Positions 1 through 12,100 of a DNA stretch of 64,000 bases are shown in pieces. Below the pieces are notes generated by a model. That model was not told the DNA's origin. It saw only the letters and a program-made list of their open reading frames with translations, and searched no databases. Location: contig NIVC01002618.1 of assembly GCA_002269645.1 (NCBI GenBank), positions 62,001 through 126,000 of the forward strand, read 5' to 3'. How positions within the stretch are numbered: position 1 is the first letter of the stretch; every line of letters begins with the position of its first letter. Origin of the DNA: Macrostomum lignano (Eukaryota). The position numbers were made by a program, and so were the translations under genes.

Positions 1-758
1 GATTATGTACTCGTAGGTAAGAGAGTAGATCTAGAGATGATGTAGGTAAGAGAGTAGATCTAGAGATGATGTACTCGTAGGTAAGAGAGTAGATCTAGAG
101 ATGATGTAGGTAAGAGAGTAGATCTAGAGATGATGTAGGTAAGAGAGTAGATCTAGAGATGATGTAGGTAAGAGAGTAGATCTAGAGATGATGTAGGTAA
201 GAGAGTAGATCAAGAAATGATGTAGGTAAGAGAGTAGATCTAGAGATGATGTAGGTAAGAGAGTAGATCAAGAGATGATGTAGGTAAGAGAGTAGATCAA
301 GAAATGATGTAGGTAAGAGAGTAGATCTATAGATGATGTAGGTAAGAGAGTAGATCAAGAAATGATGTAGGTAAGAGAGTAGATCAAGAGATGATGTAGG
401 TAAGAGAGTAGATCTAGAGATGATGTAGGTAAGAGAGTAGATCAAGAAATGATGTAGGTAAGAGAGTAGATCTAGAGATGATGTAGGTAAGAGAGTAGAT
501 CTAGAGATGATGTAGGTAAGAGAGTAGATCTTGAGATAATGTAGGTAAGAGAGTAGATCTAGAGATGATGTAGGTAAGAGAGTAGATCTAGAAGATGATG
601 TAGGTAAGATAGTAGATCTAGAGATGATGTAGGTAAGAGAGTAGATCTAGAGATGATGTAGGTAAGAGAGTAGATCTAGAGATGATGTAGGTAAGAGAGT
701 AGATCAAGAGATGATGTAGGTAAGAGAGTAGATCTAGAGATGATGTAGGTAAGAGAGT
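1..758. repeat. 29-bp minisatellite GATGATGTAGGTAAGAGAGTAGATCTAGA
   Basis: Direct period of 29 visible. Confidence 0.95.
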
Positions 759-973
759 TTTAGGTGGTGAAAAGGTGAAGTAGATACAAAAGCATTTTAG
801 GGTTCAGTTCAGTGATGACTAAACTAGTAAAGGCTAAATTTGTTGCAATTATGGATCGAATATTTATTAATTCGAAATTTCAGGCGTGCAGCTCAGCATA
901 ATCTAATTAATAATCAAAGCCGAAGCTGGCGGTTATTATTGCCGTAATATAAATAACCAAGTCTGGCTCACAG

Positions 974-3900
974 TAAAGGAACCCGAGGCAGCGGAGGCGG
1001 CGGCAGCAGCAGCGGGGGAGGCGGCAGCTGGGAGCACGATTTCGCTTACTGCGGCGTTGACCGAGATGTGGCCGAATACTACAGACCGTCTGCGCACCCG
1101 TCCACTCTGCAGGCCGCCGATCTGCGGCTGCACCTGGAGCACCGGGTTGCCATGCTGCCCGGCGGCCGGGACAGGCGAGGCGGGCCCATCATGTGCTTCC
1201 CCGGCCGTGCGGACACGGAGAAAATCCCTGTTGACGAACTCATGCGGCTTGTGAAGTACCTGAGCTATGTGCCAGATGCCAGAGTTCGATCCCTGCGGTT
1301 CACCGTGGTTATTGATATGCGGCATGCGGCTTGGAGCTCCATTAAGCCTATTTTGAAGGTGCGATTTCTATTGTTGAAATGGCCGGACCCTGCGGGGGAT
1401 GCGTTTTTTAGGGGGCGGATCCTGCGGGGGATGGGTTTTTTAGGGGGGCGGATCCTGCGGGGGATGCGTTTTTTAGGGGGGCGGATCCTGCGGGGGTTGG
1501 ATTTTTTAGGGGGCGGATCCTGCGGGGGTTGGATTTTTTAGGGGGCGGATCCTGCGGGGGTTGGATTTTTAGGGGGGCGGATCCTGCGGGGGGTTGGATT
1601 TTTTAGGGGGCGGATCCTGCGGGGGTTGGATTTTTTAGGGGGGCGGATCCTGCGGGGGTTGGATTTTTAGGGGGGGCGGATCCTGCGGGGGTTGGATTTT
1701 TAGGGGGGCGGATCCTGCGGGGGTTGGATTTTTAGGGGGGGCGGATCCTGCGGGGGTTGGATTTTTAGGGGGGCGGATCCTGAGGGGGTTGGATTTTTAG
1801 GGGGCGGATCCTGCGGGAATTGGATTTTTTAGGGGGGCGGATCCTGCGGGGGTTGGATTTTTAGGGGGGGGGGGCGGATCCTGCGGGGGTTGGATTTTTA
1901 GGGGGGCGGATCCTGAGGGGGTTGGATTTTTTAGGGGGGCGGATCCTGCGGGGGTTAGATTTTTAGGGGGGGGATCCTGCGGGGGTTGGATTTTTAGGGG
2001 GGCGGATCCTGAGGGGGTTGGATTTTTAGGGGGCGAATCCTGCGGGAGTTGGATTTTTTAGGGGGGGGCGGATCCTGCAGGGGTTGGATTTTTTAGGGGG
2101 GGGGATCTTGCGGGGGTTAAATTTTTAGGGAGGCGGATCCTGCGGGGGTAGGATGTTTTAGGGGGGGGGCGGATCCTGCGGGGGTTAGATTTTTTAGGGG
2201 GGGGCGGATCCTGCGGGGATGGATTTTTAGGGGGGGCGGATCCTGCGGGGGTTGGATTTTTAGGGGGGCGGATCCTGCGGGGGTTGGATTTTTAGGGGGC
2301 GGATCCTGCGGGGGATGGGTTTTTTAGGGGGGCGGATCCTGCGGGGGTTGGATTTTTTAGGGGGCGGATCCTGCGGGGGTTGGATTTTTAGGGGGGCGGA
2401 TCCTGCGGGGTTGGATTTTTTAGGGGGCGGATCTTGCGGGGGTTGGATTTTTTAGGGGGCGGATCTTGCGGGGGTTGGATTTTTTAGGGGGCGGATCCTG
2501 CGGGGGTTGGATTTTGGAAGGGGGCGGATTGTGCAGCGATTGGTTTATTTATGGGGCGGATTGTGTTGAGTTGAAGTTTTAGAAATTATTATGATGCCAG
2601 GTTTTCATCAGAATAAACTATCATAACTGTTTCATTCCCAGATCCTAGACGAGACCCTGTCGGACTCATTAGACATCACCTACGTCATCAAGCCGGAGAG
2701 TTTTATAGAAAAGCAGCGAGTCCAGATGGCCATTGGCAAGTACTCATTCGACATCAAGCTGGTCAGCATTGAGGGCCTGTTCGCCGACATTGACCCCGCC
2801 CAGCTCACTACGGAATTTGATGGCAGCCTGCCATTCGATTCTAAAGAATTCGTGGAACTCCGCTGTCGATTAGAGAGCTTCTTTTTCCGTTCGCACGACA
2901 TGTCGGAGAAGCTCACGAAGCTGTACCATGCGCTGGATCACCGGGTGACACCGGCCACTCTGCAGCAGGCTGTTCAAATGGTTGAGATGCACAGGGCTCA
3001 GAAAAATAAGGTTTGTGTTTGGCTTTTATCTGCAACTAAATCTTTCAGAGTTATTCGGTGACCAATAGAAGCAGAAATCAGGCTTTAACCTTTGCCGATA
3101 TGTTTTGCTGTTTTACTGTTGATCCACTGTGTTTTATACTGTTTTCCGTTGTATTGGACACTCGCGCACTTCAATGTCTGTCTCTCCCTCCTCCCTGCCC
3201 TTCCCTTTTTTCTCTCCTCACCCTCTCCTCCTCTGTCACCTTTTTACTCATCCTGTCTCCTCACCCTCTCCTCCTCTGTCACCTTTTTACTCATCCTGTC
3301 TCCTCACCCTCTCCTCCTCTGTCACCTTTTTACTCATCCTGTCTCCTCACCCTCTCTCCTCCTCTGTCACCTTTTTACTCATCCTGTCTCCTCACCCTCT
3401 CTCCTCCTCTGTCACCTTTTTACTCATCCTGTCTCCTCACCCTCTCTCCTCCTCTGTCACCTTTTTACTCATCCTGTCTCCTCACCCTCTCCTCCTCTGT
3501 CACCTTTTTACTCATCCTGTCTCCTCACCCTCTCCTCCTCTGTCACCTTTTTACTCATCCTGTCTCCTCACCCTCTCTCCTCCTCTGTCACCTTTTTACT
3601 CATCCTGTCTCCTCACCCTCTCTCCTCCTCTGTCACCTTTTTACTCATCCTGTCTCCTCACCCTCTCTCCTCCTCTGTCACCTTTTTACTCATCCTGTCT
3701 CCTCACCCTCTCCTCCTCTGTCACCTTTTTACTCATCCTGTCTCCTCACCCTCTCTCCTCCTCTGTCACCTTTTTACTCATCCTGTCTCCTCACCCTCTC
3801 TCCTCCTCTGTCACCTTTTTACTCATCCTGTCTCCTCACCCTCTCTCCTCCTCTGTCACCTTTTTACTCATCCTGTCTCCTCACCCTCTCTCCTCCTCTG

Positions 3901-5672
3901 TCACCTTTTTACTCATCCTGTCTCCTCACCCTCTCCTCCTCTGTCACCTTTTTACTCATCCTGTCTCCTCACCCTCTCTCCTCACCGTCTCTCTTTTCCC
4001 TTTCTCTTAAACCTCTCTTCGCCCTCTCTCCTCACCATCTCATCACCCTCCCTCATCACCCTCTCCTCACCCTCCCTCGTCACCCTCTCCTCAACCTCTG
4101 CTCACCCTCTCTTTACCCTCTCCTCACCCTCTCTCACCCTCTCATCACCCTCCCTCATCACCCTCTCCTCACCTTCCCTCATCACCCTCTCCTCACCCTC
4201 CCTCATCACCCTCTCATCACCCTCTCTCACCCTCTCATCACCCTCCCTCATCAGCCTCTCCTCACCTTCCCTCATCACCCTCACCTCACCTTCCCTCATC
4301 ACCCTCTCCTCACCCTCCCTCATCACCCTCTCATCACCCTCTCTCACCCTCTCATCACCCTCCCTCATCACCCTCTCCTCACCTTCCCTCATCACCCTCT
4401 CATCACCCTCTCATCACCCTCTCTCACCCTCTCATCACCCTCCCTCATCAGCCTCTCCTCACCTTCCCTCATCACCCTCACCTCACCTTCCCTCATCACC
4501 CTCTCCTCAACCTCTGCTCACCCTCTCTTCACCATCTCCTCACCCCCTCTCACCCTCTCCTCACCCTCACCTCACCTTCTCTCATCACCCTCTCCTCACC
4601 CTCACCTCACCTTCTCTCATCACCCTCTCCTCACCCTCACCTCACCTTCTCTCATCACCCTCTCCTAACCTTCCCTCATCACCCTCACCTCACCTTCCCT
4701 CATCACCCTCTCCTCAACCTCTGCTCACCCTCTCTTCACCCTCTCCTCACCCTCTCCTAACCTTCCCTCATCACCCTCTCCTCACCTTCCCTCATCACCC
4801 TCTCCTCACCCTCCCTCGTCACCCTCTCCTCAACCTCTGCTCACCCTCTCTTCACCCTCTCCTCAACCTCTGCTCACCCTCTCTTCACCCTCACCTCACC
4901 TTCTCTCATCACCCTCTCCTCACCCTCACCTCACCTTCTCTCATCACCCTCTCCTAACCTTCCCTCATCACCCTCACCTCACCTTCCCTCATCACCCTCT
5001 CCTCAACCTCTGCTCACCCTCTCTTCACCCTCTCCTCACCCTCTCTCATCACCCTCTCCTCACCCTCCCTCATCACCCTTTCTCTCACCCTCTCACCATC
5101 CACTCTTCTATATATCTCCCATATTTCCCTCCAAAACTCTCCCCTTCCATCCATCGATTTCATTCACTTCTCAGAGTACATATAGAATACGTAGAGCTAC
5201 ATATCGGGATTGGGGATGCTTCTCAGAACCCTTTTTTTGACAACCCTACTCACAGTAGTCTGTTTGCAATCGTATTTACGTATGCAAATCCGACAGGTTG
5301 TCCAAGCCCCGGTGCACTCGCTGGAGGCCGAGGCGGCCCGTCTGGCCCAGTGGCTCCGCTGCGGCTCCAAGGGCGAATCGGTCAGCAGCAGCTGGGTCAG
5401 CATGAACACCGACTTCCAGCAGCTGGCCCCTGCTGTCACAGATGCTATTCAACACCTGTACGAGCTGCGCAGTCTCCTGGTTGACAAATGGGAGTCCACC
5501 AGGGTGGCCCTGGAGCAGGCCTACCAGCTGCGCCTGTTCGAAGAGGACGTCGGTCGGATGGCCAATTGGATGCAACAGCAGCGCACCTTCCTGCTGGACT
5601 GCTTCGGCGATATTGGGCAGAGCGCTCAGCAGGTTTGTGATTGGGGCGGGCGAGCGGCAGACAGAGGCTGAC

Positions 5673-5703
<31 letters not shown>

Positions 5704-6010
5704 AACAGATATACACTAATACACTAAGACAGGCAGGCAGAGAGATACTAATACACTAAGACAGGCAGACAGACAGACAGACAGACAGTCAGACAGACAG
5801 TCAGAAACCAAGACAGGCAGACAGACAGACAGACAGACAGACAGACAGTCAGAAACCAAGACAGGCAGACAGACAGACAGACAGAAACCAAGACAGACAG
5901 ACAGACAGACAGAAACCAAGACAGGCAGACAGACAGACAGACAGACAGACAGTCAGACAGACAGTCAGAAACCAAGACAGGCAGACAGACAGACAGACAG
6001 TCAGAAACCA

Positions 6011-6057
<47 letters not shown>

Positions 6058-6094
6058 AACCAAGACAGGCAGACAGACAGACAGACAGAAACTA

Positions 6095-6153
<59 letters not shown>

Positions 6154-9100
6154 AACCAAGACAGGCAGGCAGGCAGCAGGCAGGCAGACAGACAGACAGA
6201 CAAACAAACAGACAGACAGACAGAAACCAAGACAGACAGGCAGGCAGACAGACAGACAGAAACCAAGACAGACAGGCAGACAGACAGATACATTGCTAAT
6301 TAAATGTTAATTGCCAACATGTCCGCCAGGTGATCTCCCTGATTGACAGTCACAAGACCTACCTGGCCAATTGCGACAACGCCAAAGACCAGATGCGCCA
6401 ATTAGAAATCGTGGCCGAGCAGCTGTTCGAAGCCGGTCACTACGCTGGCAAAGAGATGACAATGCGGTCCAGGGAGCTCACCCTGGACTGGCAGGCGGTG
6501 CTCACGGTGCTGGCTGACAGGTCCAAAGTGCTGGACTTGAGCTACTGCTTCCATCACAGGACTGAGGACTACCTGAGCAGGGTGGACCACTGGACCTATC
6601 AGCTGGACAGGCTGCAATTGGCCGACAGGTGCCGATCAATAGAAGAAGTTGAAGGCCACCTGGCAACAGCGCAGACAGTGTGGGAACAGGAGCAAGCCGC
6701 TTATAATGAGGCCTGCTTCGCTGGCAAAGCAATAATTACTCACCTGCAGACTCCGGCTCCTAATGCTCTTGTTGCAGAAATTAACTTTGAAGTCAGCCGC
6801 CAGCACTGCTTGAGCCTGATCCATCGCCTGCTGCACTCGCATCGCTGCCTGGACTCCGCTAGCAGCGAACGGAAGAAGCACCTGTACCACCGGCTGTCCT
6901 CCTTGCACTTTAAACAGGACTGCGCCCAGGTGCTGGCCTGGCTAAGCGAGCACGGCGACCCGTTCTTAGCCAAACAGGTGTACGTTGGCAAATCCATGGC
7001 CAGAGCTGAGACTCTGTACAATGCTCATATGCAGTTTGAGCAGGTGGCTAATAACACCATAGTGAATGCCGATAAGCTGATTAGGGCGGTTGACGATCTG
7101 GTGCCGTCGGCTGAGATGGATACCGACGGTCTGTTAACTGACGCCGAAAACCTTAAGCGACGAATTGACAGTTTCACCAGAGCGATGGCCAACCGGCGAG
7201 AGGCGCTGGATGTGGCGGCCGGCTTCTATCATCGGACTAGAGAGCTGCTGGAGTTCGTCAGCCGGTTGAAGACGGCCAGTTCTCAGGTTGGTTGTTGGGG
7301 GGAATGTCCTTGATATTGATTGGGCATGAATTCAATGGCTAATCCATACCTTGGAATTGCTAATCCTTACCTTGATAATCGCTAATCTCTTACCTTGATA
7401 ATTGTTAATACTCACCTTGAGAATTGATAATCCTTACCTTGAGAGTCGCTAATCCTTACCTTGATAATCGCTAATCCTTTATCCTGAGAGTCGCTAATCT
7501 CTTACCTTGAAAATCGCTAATCCTTACCTTGAGATTTGATAATCCTTACCTTGAGAATCGCTAATCCTTTTTCCTGAGAGTCGCTAGTCCTTACCTTGAG
7601 AATTGATAATCCTTACCTTGATAATCGCTAATCCTTTATCCTGAGAGTCGCTAATTTTTTACCTTGAAAATCGCTAATCCTTACCTTGAAAATCGCTAAT
7701 CCTTACCTTGAGAATTGATAATCTTTACCTTGAGAGTCGCTAACACTTACCTTGATAATCGCTAATCGTTAATCCTCAGAGTCGCTAATCCTTACCTTGA
7801 GAATTGATAATCCTTACCTTGAGAATCGCTAATCCTTACCTTGAGAGTCGCTAATCCTTACCTTGAGAATTGATACTCCTTACCTTGATAATCGTTATCG
7901 TTTATCCTGAGAATCGCTAATCTCTTACCTTGAAAATCGCTAATCCTTACCTTGAGAATTGATAATCCTTACCTTGATAATCGCTAATCCTTACCTTGAT
8001 AATTGCTAATCGTTTATCCTGAGAATCGCTAATCTCTTACCTTGAAAATCGCTAATCCTTACCTTGAGAATTGATAATCCTTACCTTGAGAATTGATAAT
8101 CCTTACCTTGAGAATTGCTAATCCTTACCTTGAGAATCGCTAATCCTTACCTTGAGAATCGCTAATCGTTTATCCTGAGAATCGCTAATCCTTATCTTGA
8201 TAATTGATAATCCTTACCTTGAGAATCGCTAATCCTTACCTTGAGAATCGCTAATCCTTTATCCTGAGAGTCGCTAGTCCTTACCTTGAGAATTGATAAT
8301 CCTTACCTTGATAATCGCTAATCGTTTATCCTGAGAATCGCCTTCCAACACTGTTATTGCGAAATGCCACACTGAGAGTGGCCTGAGAGCCTTACTCAAG
8401 CCCCCATGCATGCGATTCGCAGGAGAAATGCCCCCAAATGGAGCCGTCAGAGCTTGAGAAGGCCATCGCAGCTCACGCAGACAGCATTCAAATGGCCAAC
8501 ACCAGCTACTCTCAGCTAAGCGACGAAGGCACCTACCTGCTCAATCTGTCGCTAGACCCAGACGAAGATGCCTATATTAGGAATGTGCTCAGCCAGGTGA
8601 GAGCCGAAGTTGCCACCGCGCTAGAAGTGGCCGATCATCATCGACTCCGATTGGACCTGTGCCAACAGCTGCACCTATTCGAAGAGGACTGGGAAAATGC
8701 TCAATCTGTGCTGTCTAGATTGCCCGCCCAGCTTCCAACTCAGCCGACCGAGATGAGGCTAGAAGAGCTCGAGCAGAGCATCGAAGAGCACATTCAAGCG
8801 GTGAAACGTGCCGAAGAAGTTCTGCTGAAAGGTGGTGAATTGATTAACGTGTTCGAGTCTGTCGGCATGGATTTTCACATCACGGACGAGGAGGACGCGT
8901 TGGGCCGGCTGCAGCGGCTGCTGACTGAGCTGGACGGCCAGGCTCAGGATGTTGAAGAGCGCCGGACTGGGCTCAATGCTGAGCTGGAGTGGCGCCAGCT
9001 GGAGGCTGAAGGTATTGCTTGACTATTGAATTACTGTCCCTCAATGTACACTTTCGACCACCCCCACCCCACATGAAACTTCTACCCCTCAATGTGCACT

Positions 9101-12100
9101 CTCCCCGACCACCCGCCACCCCGCATGAACTCCTACCCCTCAACGTACGCTCTCCCCGACCACCCCCACCCCATATGAACTCCTGCTCCTCAACGTACAC
9201 TCTCCCCGACCACGCCCATCCCACATGAACTGCCCCTCAACGTACACTCTCCCCGACCACCCCCACCCCATATGAACTCCTGCCCCTCAACGTACACTCT
9301 CCCCAACCAGCCCCCCACCCCACATGAACTCCTACCCCTCAACGTACACTCTCCCTAACCACCCCTGACCCCACATGAACTCCTGCCCTCAATGTACGAG
9401 GGATACTCTAAAAGTTTTGCAATTCAACTATTTAAAGTTAATTTTGCCAAACTTTTCTATTACAATCCTTCAAAGTAGGCTCCCCGGAACTGCAAACACT
9501 TGTGCGTCGTCCGAGCCACTTGTTCATCAAGCCCTGGAAGTCTTCAATTGGGATGCCGTCAATCGCCTCCTTCGCCGCCTGCTCCAGCTCCTCGTCGGAC
9601 TGAAACCTGTGCCCCCTAAGCGACTTTTTGATTTCTGGAAAGAGCCAGAAGTCGCAGGGGGCGAGGTCTGGTGAGTAGGGCGGGTGTGGTAGTGTTGAAA
9701 TGCCCTCTTGGTCCAGGAACGCTCGAGTTGCAGCAGCCGTGTGGGCGGGGCGTTGTCATGGTGAAGTTTCTGCCCTCGCATTCCCGTCCTTGGCGCCCTC
9801 TGGGTCACGCTGTCGATCACGACTGGCAAGCACTCTTCAGTGTACCATCGAGCAGTGACTGTAGCTTGACCCTCCAGCTTCACCATCGCCACCACGCCTT
9901 GTGAGTCGAAGAAGATGGCAAACATCCGCTTGCCCTGGGACCGGGACCGCCTTGCTTTCAGGGGTCGTTGACCACCTTTCGGCACCCACTCTGCACTGCT
10001 GCGCTTTGTCTCGACGTCAAAATGATAGAGAAACGTCTCATCACCAGTGATGACCTCAGAGCGGCGCTGATGGCTCCCGTGCTCATATCGATCGATGAGA
10101 AACTGACAGAACTCCCTGCGGGCCTGTTTCTGAGCATCTGTCAGGATGTGGGGTATCCATCGGGCACAAAGCTTCCTGACTCTCAGGTGATCGTGTAGAA
10201 TCGTATCGACCGCTGCCGATCCAATGCCGACATTCATAGCTAGCATGTCCGTGGTGATTCGCGGATCCTGATGAATCGGCTCCTGCACTGCAGCGATGTT
10301 TTCCTCCGTCGCTGCTGTCGGAGGTCTCCCGGGCCGGGGGTCGTCAGAAAAGCTGGTCCTGCCGGCCTGGAACTCGCGGTACCAGCGTGTAACCGTAGCA
10401 TATGACGGCGCTTGAGCCTCCAATGTTGCTAGTAGCTCGGCATGAGTCTCAAGCGCCGTGAGCTTTCGCTTGTGGCAGTACCAAATTAGTAGCCGATTCT
10501 GCTCACGATTCAATTCCATGGCTGCAGCTGTACAGTTAAGGAGTCTCTGACTTTGACTGGGGGCTGAGCAGGCGTATATGTATGAATTCACTTGAAAATT
10601 GAGGTGGGGACTATGTACATGTTTATTGTACAGAGAGTTGGTTTTGAAGATTGTGCGACTTGCGCAAGTGGTTGAATTGCAAAACTTTTGGAGTATCCCT
10701 CGTACGCATATTTCCAACCAACCTTCTCCAAGATGTAAATTGAACTCCGCCACCCCATCCTAAACCAGGCCACCAAATAATCCAGTGGATCAGCAACGGC
10801 GATGCCATGCTGGCAGCCTCGGCCACCAAGCTGCCACACAATCACTCCGAGGCGGAGCAGCTAAAACGCGATCACGACAAATTTCGCGACGCCCTGGAAC
10901 GAACTTTCACATCTGCCTACGTGTTAGTTACTAAACTGGAACAGGTGAAATCCGATCATCCAAGGTGCGCCGATGTGCGCGATTTTGAGCAGAGTCTGCA
11001 GCTTCGTTGGAACAAACTTCTCAGCGCTGCAGAGGAAAGATCGAAATTGATTAATGCCGCATTGAACTGGTTCATCTCGGTTGATCAGGTAGGTATTTTG
11101 CCATGCTTGCTTTAAAAAATCATATAATATGCTTACTGTGCTACTCAACAGTAGGGTAGAAGACTGCATCCTCAATCCACTCCAAATGTAGACATTAAAA
11201 AGTATTTTTTAATTTAACTGTCTTGTCTAGAGTCTAGACAGTTTTATAGACGTAATTGTCCCAGAAGTAATGAACTGACGACTCTACAGTGAAGCTACAG
11301 CGCTTCATGTGCGACTTTTCAGTTTGACTGACGGACACCAAAAGTGCGATACTAATTCATTAAGTGATGCTGATGCCCTCTAGACGCAAATCTGTGACTC
11401 TAGCATGCCTCAGACACGACTCCACAGTCCCAGACTCACTAGAGTCACCCCCAGACTCACTTCAGTCACCCCCAGACTCACTTGAGTCACCCCCAGACTC
11501 ACTGGAGTCACTCCATACTCACTAGAGTCACCTCCATACTCACTAGAGTCACCTCCATACTCACTAGAGTCACCCCAGACTCACTAGAGTCACCCCAGAC
11601 TCACTTCAGTCGCCCCAGACTCACTAGAGTCACCCCCAGACTCACTAGAGTCACCCCAGACTCACTAGAGTCACCCCCAGACTCACTTCAGTCACCCCCA
11701 GACTCACTTGAGTCACCCCCAGACTCACTGGAGTCACTCCATACTCACTAGAGTCACCTCCATACTCACTAGAGTCACCCCAGACTCACTAGAGTCACCC
11801 CAGACTCACTTCAGTCGCCCCAGACTCACTAGAGTCACCCCCAGACTCACTAGAGTCACCCCCAGACTCACTAGAGTCACCTCCATACTCACTAGAGTCA
11901 CTCCAGACTAACTAGAGTCACCTCCATACTCACTAGAGTCACCCCCAGACTCACTAGAGTCACACCAGACTCACTTGAGTCACTTCAGACTCACTAGAGT
12001 CACACCAGACTCACTAGAGTCACCCCATACTGACTAGAGTCACACCAGACTCACTAGAGTCACCCCATAAAAACTAGAGTCACACCAGACTCACTTGAGT

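Noticed and set aside
3058-4957. Long ORFs (536, 621, 293 aa) in the CT-rich array
   Set aside because: Translations of tandem repeats inside a phase-consistent Trio intron.
10520-10753. N-terminal 78 aa of the listed 408-aa mariner ORF
   Set aside because: Runs through the TIR and flank; the real start is ATG 10519.
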